From Coriobacteriales bacterium (GTDB lineage Bacteria > Actinomycetota > Coriobacteriia > Coriobacteriales > UBA8131), in assembly GCA_031277035.1 (NCBI GenBank), contig JAISLY010000025.1, positions 32,068 to 96,067 on the forward strand: DNA of 64,000 bases, read 5' to 3'. A model generated the notes under the pieces. That model did not search any database, had not been told where the DNA came from, and was given only the letters and a program-made list of their open reading frames with translations. This document shows, one piece after another, positions 8,325 through 16,295 of this stretch; within the stretch, counting starts at the first letter, position 1; every line of letters begins with the position of its first letter. A program made the translations under genes and the position numbers.

Positions 8325-9752
8325 ATGTTTCAATGGAATGATGCAAGGTATGCGGCCGTCAGGCGCTCGGGCGAGCGCTCGGTTGCTGTCAGATACGACG
8401 ACGATTTGGAGCAGCGGGGCATGGGAGCACCTCAGAGAAGACAGCGGGGCGCAAAAGCGAGCGGTGCCGACGCGCAGCAGGGTGCCGACGCGCAGCAGGG
8501 TGTCGCTGCCAGCAACCCTGAGCGCAGCAAGCGGCACGGCCAAAATCTGCTCGGCCTTATCGTCCTTGCGCTGGGCATCTTTGTATTCGCACAACACCTC
8601 GGCGCAGGCCGCCTGTTCAGCTCCTTTCCTGTCGTAAGCGAGGGCGCGGGCCTCGCCCTGCTCTTTGTCATAGGCCTGCTCACCTCGCTGCACTGCCTTG
8701 CCATGTGTGGCGGCATCAATCTTTCACAGACCATCTCCCGCAACGACGAAGGCCAGGAGGGCCCGGCAGGCAAAGCGAACAGACCCGCAGAGCGTGGCGA
8801 AGAAGGAGGCCCGCTCCCGAGCGGTGCGATGCGGGGGGCCGCGACGATGGGAGGCTCGCTCCCGAAAGCCGCGACGATGGGGGCCGCGACGCTGCGCCCG
8901 AGCCTGCTCTATAACCTCGGCCGCGTCATCTCCTACACCCTCGTCGGTGCGCTCGTCGGCGCACTTGGCTCGGTGATAGCCTTCGACGGCTTCTTCAAGG
9001 GCATCGTGCAGCTGGTCGCGGGCGTGTTCATGGTGATCATGGCGCTCATCCTGCTCGGCATCTTTCCGTGGCTGCGCCAGTTCAACATCACGCTGCCCAA
9101 GGCTCTCACCTCGCTCGTAGACCGACGGCGCGAGCGGAGCAAAAGCCCGCTGGTCATCGGCCTGCTCAACGGGCTCATGCCCTGCGGCCCCCTCCAGGCC
9201 ATGCAGCTCTATGCGCTCTCGACCGGCAGCGCGCTCACCGGCGCGCTCTCGATGCTCGCGTTCTCACTGGGAACCGTGCCGCTGATGTTTGGACTCGGAG
9301 TGCTCGGCTCGATGCTGAGCAAACGCTTCAGAGAGCGCGCCACAACCGCCGGAGCAGTGCTCGTCGCCGTGCTCGGCTTCTTCATGTTCTCGACAGGCTG
9401 GAACCTCTCGGGCTTCTCCAATCCTCTTGACGCCTTTGCCCCCGCACCCGCCGCAAGCGTCAGCGAGGTGAGAGTCGAAGACGGCTACCAGATTGTGAAC
9501 AACTCCCTGGAACCGGGCACCTACCCCAGCATCACCGTACGTGCCAACCTGCCGGTCAAATGGAACCTCAGCGCCACCGAGGACAGCATCAACGGCTGCA
9601 ACAATCGCATCTCCATCCCCGAGTATGGCATCGAGTATCCCCTCAAACCCGGCGACAACATCATCGAGTTCACCCCCACCAGGCCGGGTCGCTATACCTA
9701 CAGCTGCTGGATGGGGATGATACGCGGAACGATATACGTCACCGACGCGTGA
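8325..9752 (+). CDS. UreH/DsbD_2-type metal-transporter-like membrane protein with C-terminal cupredoxin-like domain
   Basis: TM helices carrying the paired Cys motifs LHCLAMCGGINLSQ and LNGLMPCGPLQAMQLY. The soluble C-terminus ends RPGRYTYSCWMGMIRGTIYV. The start is uncertain and may be near 8421. Confidence 0.6.
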   Translation: MFQWNDARYAAVRRSGERSVAVRYDDDLEQRGMGAPQRRQRGAKASGADAQQGADAQQGVAASNPERSKRHGQNLLGLIVLALGIFVFAQHLGAGRLFSSFPVVSEGAGLALLFVIGLLTSLHCLAMCGGINLSQTISRNDEGQEGPAGKANRPAERGEEGGPLPSGAMRGAATMGGSLPKAATMGAATLRPSLLYNLGRVISYTLVGALVGALGSVIAFDGFFKGIVQLVAGVFMVIMALILLGIFPWLRQFNITLPKALTSLVDRRRERSKSPLVIGLLNGLMPCGPLQAMQLYALSTGSALTGALSMLAFSLGTVPLMFGLGVLGSMLSKRFRERATTAGAVLVAVLGFFMFSTGWNLSGFSNPLDAFAPAPAASVSEVRVEDGYQIVNNSLEPGTYPSITVRANLPVKWNLSATEDSINGCNNRISIPEYGIEYPLKPGDNIIEFTPTRPGRYTYSCWMGMIRGTIYVTDA

Positions 9753-9858
9753 TGGCGTATGCGACGGGGGATGCGGGCGAGATGCGGCGGGGGATGCGGG
9801 CGAGATGCGGCGAAACTGCGAAGGGCGCGCACATGACAACACGACAGGAAGGCACAGC

Positions 9859-10482
9859 ATGAACGGCAAACCAACAGTATGGCACCGGGCAGCAGCCCTT
9901 GGGTGTGCAACGCTGCTCCTTGTCGCGCTCGCGGGACTGCCCGCCTGCTCAGGCTCCGCGGCCGATGCGGGCGCGGACGGCGGCGCGGCGGATGCGGGCG
10001 CGGACGGCGGCGCGGGAGCAGGCGCAGCTGGCGGTGCGGACTCGGGCTCGGACGCAGGCGGCGCGGCCGGTGCGGCTCCGGGGGAAGGCGCAAACCGCGC
10101 CCCCGCCACAGCCGAGGGTTCAGATCTCGTCATCCCCATTGCCGACATCTCCGAGCAGGCGCGCTTCTATCCCACCACCGTCGACGGCACCGCGCTTGAG
10201 GTGCTTGCAATCAGGGCGCCGGATGGCAGCATCCGCACGGCCTTTAACACCTGCCAGGTCTGCTACGACTCGGGGCGCGGCTACTATGAACAGGAGGGCT
10301 CGGTGCTCGTCTGCCAGAACTGCGGCAACCGCTTCGCGCCGGGCGATGTGGAGATACAGACGGGCGGCTGTAACCCCGTGCCCATCTTTGAGACGGACAA
10401 GCTCATCACCGACGATACCATCACCATCCCCGCCAGCTATCTGAAAGAGGCGAGCGACATCTTCGCGAACTGGAAACGCTAG
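9859..10482 (+). CDS. DUF2318-like Cys-cluster lipoprotein
   Basis: Lipobox LVALAGLPAC, a G/A/D-rich linker, then CQVCYDSGRGYYEQEGSVLVCQNCGNRF. AGGAAGG RBS before ATG 9859. Confidence 0.6.
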   Translation: MNGKPTVWHRAAALGCATLLLVALAGLPACSGSAADAGADGGAADAGADGGAGAGAAGGADSGSDAGGAAGAAPGEGANRAPATAEGSDLVIPIADISEQARFYPTTVDGTALEVLAIRAPDGSIRTAFNTCQVCYDSGRGYYEQEGSVLVCQNCGNRFAPGDVEIQTGGCNPVPIFETDKLITDDTITIPASYLKEASDIFANWKR

Positions 10483-10488
10483 GAGTGC

Positions 10489-10640
10489 CCGAACCACCCG
10501 AACCACCAGAACCACCCGAACCACCAGAACCACCCGAACCACCAGAACCACCAGAACCGCCCGAACCACCCGAACCACCAGAACCACCCGGGCCACCAGA
10601 ACCGCCAGAACCACCCGGATTACCAGAACCGCCAGGATTA
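10489..10640. repeat. Roughly 16 tandem copies of a 9-bp unit (GAACCACCN) between the DUF2318 gene and copA
   Basis: Read directly: ccgaaccacccgaaccaccagaaccacccgaacc... Confidence 0.85.
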
Positions 10641-10657
10641 CCAGGACAGGAGCACCG

Positions 10658-13096
10658 ATGAGCACCGCGACCACACTGAGCATACCGATAGGCGGCATGA
10701 CCTGCGCGGTCTGTGCGCAGCGGGTCGAAAAGGCACTCGGCAGCGTCGAGGGCGTCGCGGAGGTCTCCGTCAACTTTGCGACCGAGAAGGCAACCGTGAC
10801 CTACGACGCTACCGCCGTGCGCGCCTCAACGCTGCGCGAGGCGGTTGAGGCAGCTGGCTACCAGGCGCTTTCTGGCTCGCTGGCAAACTCGCTCGATGCC
10901 GACGGTGAGCGCAAGCAGCAGGAGATACGCGCGATGTGGACAAAGTTCATCGTCGCGGCCGTCTTTGCGCTGCCCCTGTTCTACCTCGCAATGGCACCCA
11001 TGATTCCCGGCTCGCCGCTGCCCGTCCCCAGCTCGCTTGACCCCATGATGCACCCCGTGCGCTACGCGCTGACGGAGCTGTTTCTCGTGCTGCCCATCAT
11101 CGGCGTGGGCTGGCGCTTTTACACCGTCGGCTTTGGCTCGCTTATCCGCCGCAGCCCCAACATGGACACGCTTGTCGCCGTCGGCACGGCCGCAGCCTTC
11201 CTGTTCAGCGTCTATCACATCGCCCAGATGCTGCTCGGCGACCCCGCCCAGGCCCATCGGCAGGCCGACGCGCTGTACTTTGAGACCGCCGGCATGATCA
11301 TCACGCTCATCCTGCTGGGCAAGACGCTTGAGGCGACCTCAAAAGGCCGCGCGAGCGAGGCCATCAAGCGGCTCATGGGGCTGACGCCAAAGACCGCGCT
11401 CGTACGCACAGACGGCGTCGAGAAAGAGCTGCCTATTGAGGATGTAGAGCCGGGCGACGTGCTCATCGTCAAACCCGGCGCGCGCATACCCGTCGACGGG
11501 ACGGTGCTCGAGGGCCAGACCGCTATCGACGAGTCCATGCTCACGGGCGAGAGCATGCCGGTCGACAAGCAGGCGGGAGATGCGGTGTTTGCCGCCTCGC
11601 TCAACACGAATGGCAGCATTATCTTCCGGGCAGATAAAGTTGGAGCGGACACGGCGCTTGCCCATATCATCCAGCTCGTCGAGGACGCTCAGGGCTCAAA
11701 GGCCCCCATCAACAGGCTCGCCGACGTTGTCGCAGGCTACTTTGTGCCCATCGTCTGCGCCGTCGCGCTCGTCGTGGGCATCGCCTGGTACCTCGCCACC
11801 GCCTTTGGCGGCTTTCCGCTGCCAGAAGGCAAGACGCCCGCTGAGTTCTCGCTGCTCATCGCCATCTCCGTCCTCGTCATCGCCTGCCCCTGTGCGCTCG
11901 GGCTCGCGACGCCGACCGCCATCATGGTGGGCACGGGACGCGGCGCCGAGCTGGGCATTCTCATCAAAAGTGGAGAGGGACTCGAGGTCGCGCACAGCAT
12001 CAACGCCGTCATACTCGACAAGACCGGCACGATAACGGAGGGACGCCCCTCCGTCGCAGACATCGTACCTGTTGCAGACATCGTTCCCGTTGCTAACGCG
12101 CGGCTCAAAGACACGCAGCAAGCCGAGCGACAGGGGCAGCAGGCGCAAGCCGAGCGACAGGCGCAAGCCGAGCGACAGGGGCAGCAGGCGCAGCAGCAGG
12201 GCCAGAGCGCTGAGCTCGCGCGGCAAAATATGATCCTCGCGCTTGCGGCGGCGGCCGAGAGGGGCTCGGAGCATCCTCTCGGGCAGGCGCTCGTCGAGGA
12301 GGCGGCCAAACGCTCGCTCAGCCTCGGCCCGGCAAGCTCCTTTGAGTCGCTTGCGGGGCGGGGCATCGTCGCCACCATCGACGGGCGGCGCGTACTCGCC
12401 GGCAACCGCACGCTCATGGAGGAGGGCGGCGTGAGCGTCGCAGAGCTTGCCCCCATCGCAGACGCGCTTGCCGCCGAGGGCAAGACCCCTATGTACATCG
12501 CCGCAGACGCAGAGCCTCTCGGCATCATCGCCGTGGCGGATCGAGTAAAGCCCACAAGCCAGGCGGCCATCAGACGTCTTGAGGCCCTGGGGATAGAGGT
12601 CACGCTGCTCACCGGGGACAACCAGCGCACGGCGGATGCCATCGCCGCAAAGCTCGGCGTCGCCACTGTTCTTGCCGAGGTACTCCCCGAGGACAAGGCG
12701 CGGGAGGTCGCGGCGCAACAGGAACAGGGCCGCACGGTTGCCATGGTGGGCGACGGAATCAACGACGCGCCGGCGCTTGCTCAGGCCAACCTTGGCATTG
12801 CCATCGGCTCCGGGACAGACGTTGCCATCGAGAGCGCGGATGTCGTGCTCATGCACTCCGACCTCACAGACGTGCCACGCGCCATCGAGCTCTCCAAAAG
12901 AACGATGCGCACCATCAGGCAAAACCTCTTTTGGGCCTTTGGCTACAACGTGGTGGGCATCCCCATCGCGGCTGGCGTACTCTACCTGTTTGGCGGCCCG
13001 CTGCTCTCCCCCATCATTGCCGCCGCCTGCATGAGCCTGAGCTCCGTCTCGGTGCTGGCAAACGCCCTGCGTCTGCGCCGCTGCCGCTTTGAGTAA
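10658..13096 (+). CDS. copA: Copper-translocating P1B-type ATPase
   Basis: HMA motif GMTCAVCAQRVEKAL, TGES, the CPC motif ACPCALGLATP, DKTGTIT and GDGINDAP. Carries a Q/A/E/R-rich low-complexity insert after DKTGT. Confidence 0.9.
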   Translation: MSTATTLSIPIGGMTCAVCAQRVEKALGSVEGVAEVSVNFATEKATVTYDATAVRASTLREAVEAAGYQALSGSLANSLDADGERKQQEIRAMWTKFIVAAVFALPLFYLAMAPMIPGSPLPVPSSLDPMMHPVRYALTELFLVLPIIGVGWRFYTVGFGSLIRRSPNMDTLVAVGTAAAFLFSVYHIAQMLLGDPAQAHRQADALYFETAGMIITLILLGKTLEATSKGRASEAIKRLMGLTPKTALVRTDGVEKELPIEDVEPGDVLIVKPGARIPVDGTVLEGQTAIDESMLTGESMPVDKQAGDAVFAASLNTNGSIIFRADKVGADTALAHIIQLVEDAQGSKAPINRLADVVAGYFVPIVCAVALVVGIAWYLATAFGGFPLPEGKTPAEFSLLIAISVLVIACPCALGLATPTAIMVGTGRGAELGILIKSGEGLEVAHSINAVILDKTGTITEGRPSVADIVPVADIVPVANARLKDTQQAERQGQQAQAERQAQAERQGQQAQQQGQSAELARQNMILALAAAAERGSEHPLGQALVEEAAKRSLSLGPASSFESLAGRGIVATIDGRRVLAGNRTLMEEGGVSVAELAPIADALAAEGKTPMYIAADAEPLGIIAVADRVKPTSQAAIRRLEALGIEVTLLTGDNQRTADAIAAKLGVATVLAEVLPEDKAREVAAQQEQGRTVAMVGDGINDAPALAQANLGIAIGSGTDVAIESADVVLMHSDLTDVPRAIELSKRTMRTIRQNLFWAFGYNVVGIPIAAGVLYLFGGPLLSPIIAAACMSLSSVSVLANALRLRRCRFE

Positions 13097-13258
13097 AACC
13101 TTAATAGCAAGCGAGCATATCGCGTCTTCAGGCCGCTTTGTATACAGTGACATGATCCTGTGCGCGGGGTATAATTAAACAGGATTGTTACAAAAGGCGG
13201 GACACGGCTGAGGGTTTCGAATATTCGCATAACGGAGAGAAGAAGAGCGGGGCGCACC

Positions 13259-16159
13259 ATGCGGTTCAGAAGTATTGCTTCGCGTGTCATCCTGTCCGTC
13301 GTTCCCATCATTGCGCTCTCCACCGTATTGTTTGTCTTACTGGTGGGCACAAGGACCTCAGCGCAGGTTGGCGAACTGATGGACGAAAAGATGACCAAGA
13401 GCCTGGAGACTGCTTCCCTGTCGGTCGAAAAGGAGCTGCAGGAGAGCTCCTTTATCGCAAGCTCCCTGGCGCGCTATATGGAGGCCTGCAGCCTGGAATC
13501 CGTCGAGAACGGCGAGATGGAAGAGTACCTGAAGCGAATGATATCGTTTGACCCCGACACAATAGGCGGCGGTATCTGGTTTGAACCCTATGAACTCTAT
13601 CCCGACAGACTCTATTCTGGCTCGTATGCCTACCTTACGGATGGAAGGGTTGCCTACGAGCCGGACTATGCCTCTGCCGCAGGTGTCGATTACCACAACG
13701 TCGGCTGGTATCTCAACGGAGCCCAGTCCACGGGGAATCCGGTGTGGTCGGGCGCCTATTACGACCCGCTTGTCGACGCGACAATCGTCACCGCCACCAT
13801 GCCCTTTTTCGGACCGGATCGCCGAATGCGGGGCGTCACCACGACCGATATGACCCTAAGCGACATTCAGGCTCTGGCCCGTTCCATCACGGTGGGCGAG
13901 ACGGGCCGAGCGCTCATCATCGGAGCTGAGGGGGAATACATCTCATTTCTCGATGACAGCAGGGATGCACAGAACCAAATCCAAAACGACAGCGACCCCG
14001 CCCTGCAGAAGCTGGGAGAGGTCATACTGGAGACAGGCAGCGGCACGACAACGCTTGAATGGGGCGGCACGACCCATCGCGCGTATTACAAGACGATTGA
14101 CATCAACAACTGGACCCTTGTGGTGCTGATTGACCAGAGCGAGATTGCAAGCATGAGCTGGTATCAGATGTTGATGACCCTGGCGGTGCCCCTGATCGGA
14201 CTGTTCCTTGCCGTCATCAGCATCATCTTTACCGCTCGGCATCTGCGCAAGGTGGCCAACAAGGTAAATGGCTTTGCCACGCGCGCCGCGTCAGGGGAGT
14301 TCTCAAAGCGAATCGACGTCACCGAGCATGACGAGTTTGGGGTCATGGAAGCCAAGCTGAACACGATGATGGACAACATGAGCGAGATGTACGCACACTC
14401 GGTGCGGATGAAGGAAGCGGCGGAGGAGGCGTCGCGCTCAAAGAGCGACTTTCTCTCCAGCATGAGCCATGAGATACGCACACCGATGAACGCGATTGTG
14501 GGAATGACCTCCATCGGCAGAGCAAGCTCTGACATCGAGCGCAAGGATTATGCCTTTGAAAAGATTGAGAGCGCCTCGGCACACCTGCTTGGCGTCATCA
14601 ACGACGTCCTGGATATGTCAAAGATAGAGGCAAGCAAGATGGAGCTTTCTCCAACGGAGTTTGACTTCGAGAAGATGCTTCAGAAAGTGGTCGGCGTCAC
14701 CAACTTCCGCATGGAGGAAAAGCAGCAGGAGTTTGTGGTGCACATCGACCCGCATATCCCGCGCACGCTGATTGGCGATGACCAGAGGCTGGCGCAGGTC
14801 ATCACAAACCTGCTCTCCAACGCCGTCAAGTTCACCCCGGAGGGCGGCACGATACAGCTCAACGCACGCTTTGTGGAGGCGGGCGCGGCGGAGGCGGCCG
14901 CGGGGGACGAGGCCGCGGGGAATGCGGATGCGAGCGCGGGGGAGGCGGCCGCACAGGAGGCGAGCGCGCGTGAGGCGGATGCGGCTGCACGGGATGAGAG
15001 CGCGGGGGACGCGGATGCGAGCGCGGGGGAAGAGGCCGCCGGAACAGCGGCTGCTCAGGAGGAGCTCTGCACGATACAGATTGAGGTGACAGACAACGGC
15101 ATCGGGATTTCCGAGGAGCAACAGGCTCTTCTGTTCACCTCGTTTCAGCAGGCCGAAAGCAGCACGTCGCGCAAGTTTGGCGGCACCGGTCTGGGACTTG
15201 CGATATCCAAACGCATCGTCGAGATGATGAATGGAAGAATCTGGATCGAGTCAGAACTCGGATGCGGCTCAACCTTCGCCTTTGTCATACAGCTTCAACG
15301 CGGAAGCGGCGAGGCGGCGACATCCCGTGTGAACTCCCAGGTAGATTGGGAGAAGGTCCGTGTGCTGGCCGTGGATGATGCGCTGGAAGTGCGGCTGTTC
15401 TTTGAGGAGTCTGCGCATGCCCTTGCCATAACCTGCGAGGTGGCCGCCAACGCGGAGGAGGCCTGCGCCCTCATAGAGCAACACGGGGGCTATGACATCT
15501 ACTTTGTGGATTGGAGGATGCCCGGCATAAGCGGTATTGAGCTTGTCCGTCGGATACGTGAGAACGAAACGGAGCACTCGGCAGTTGTCATGATCTCTGC
15601 TTCGGCGTGGGAGGATATAGAGGATGAGGCGCGGCAGGCCGGGGTGGACAGATTTTTGCCCAAACCGCTCTTCCCCACCACGATAGCCGACTGCATCGCC
15701 GAGTGCCTCGGCAGTACCCTGACAGGCGGCAAACGCGAGGCCCGGGAAGGGAGAGATGACACCTTTGAAGGAAGACGCCTCCTCCTTGTTGAGGATATAG
15801 AGGTCAATCGCGAGATTGTTCTGGCGCTTTTGGAGCCGACCCATCTTGAGATTGACTGCGCAGAGGACGGCACAGAAGCGCTCCGCGCCTTTCGCGAGGC
15901 GCCCGAGCGCTATGACATGATACTCATGGATATACAGATGCCCGAGATGGACGGATATGAGGCCACCCGCCAGATACGTGCGCTCGATACGCCGTTTGCA
16001 CAGACAGTCCCCATTGTCGCCATGACCGCCGACGTCTTTCAGGAAGACATTGATAAAGCCCTCGCTGCCGGCATGAATGACCACATCGGAAAGCCGCTTG
16101 ACCTCGATGTCCTGTTCGAGAAGCTGAGAACCTACCTGCCGCCGGCACCTGCAGACTGA
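13259..16159 (+). CDS. Hybrid sensor histidine kinase / response regulator (extracellular sensor, HAMP, HisKA, HATPase, two REC domains)
   Basis: H-box SHEIRTPMNAI and G-box GGTGLGLAISKRIVEMMNG. Two receiver domains (VLAVDD...DIYFVDWRMPGISG and LLLVEDIEVNR...ILMDIQMPEMDG). Confidence 0.9.
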   Translation: MRFRSIASRVILSVVPIIALSTVLFVLLVGTRTSAQVGELMDEKMTKSLETASLSVEKELQESSFIASSLARYMEACSLESVENGEMEEYLKRMISFDPDTIGGGIWFEPYELYPDRLYSGSYAYLTDGRVAYEPDYASAAGVDYHNVGWYLNGAQSTGNPVWSGAYYDPLVDATIVTATMPFFGPDRRMRGVTTTDMTLSDIQALARSITVGETGRALIIGAEGEYISFLDDSRDAQNQIQNDSDPALQKLGEVILETGSGTTTLEWGGTTHRAYYKTIDINNWTLVVLIDQSEIASMSWYQMLMTLAVPLIGLFLAVISIIFTARHLRKVANKVNGFATRAASGEFSKRIDVTEHDEFGVMEAKLNTMMDNMSEMYAHSVRMKEAAEEASRSKSDFLSSMSHEIRTPMNAIVGMTSIGRASSDIERKDYAFEKIESASAHLLGVINDVLDMSKIEASKMELSPTEFDFEKMLQKVVGVTNFRMEEKQQEFVVHIDPHIPRTLIGDDQRLAQVITNLLSNAVKFTPEGGTIQLNARFVEAGAAEAAAGDEAAGNADASAGEAAAQEASAREADAAARDESAGDADASAGEEAAGTAAAQEELCTIQIEVTDNGIGISEEQQALLFTSFQQAESSTSRKFGGTGLGLAISKRIVEMMNGRIWIESELGCGSTFAFVIQLQRGSGEAATSRVNSQVDWEKVRVLAVDDALEVRLFFEESAHALAITCEVAANAEEACALIEQHGGYDIYFVDWRMPGISGIELVRRIRENETEHSAVVMISASAWEDIEDEARQAGVDRFLPKPLFPTTIADCIAECLGSTLTGGKREAREGRDDTFEGRRLLLVEDIEVNREIVLALLEPTHLEIDCAEDGTEALRAFREAPERYDMILMDIQMPEMDGYEATRQIRALDTPFAQTVPIVAMTADVFQEDIDKALAAGMNDHIGKPLDLDVLFEKLRTYLPPAPAD

Positions 16160-16295
16160 CAGCGTGCGGGGGTGACGGGGCGGTAGGTGAGGCAGGGGTG
16201 AAGGGAGCGGTGGGCGGCAAGGGTGAAGGAGGCGGCAGATGAGGCAGGTGAGGTGGCAAGGGTGAAGGGAGCGGGCGGAGCGTCGCCCGCGCCAC

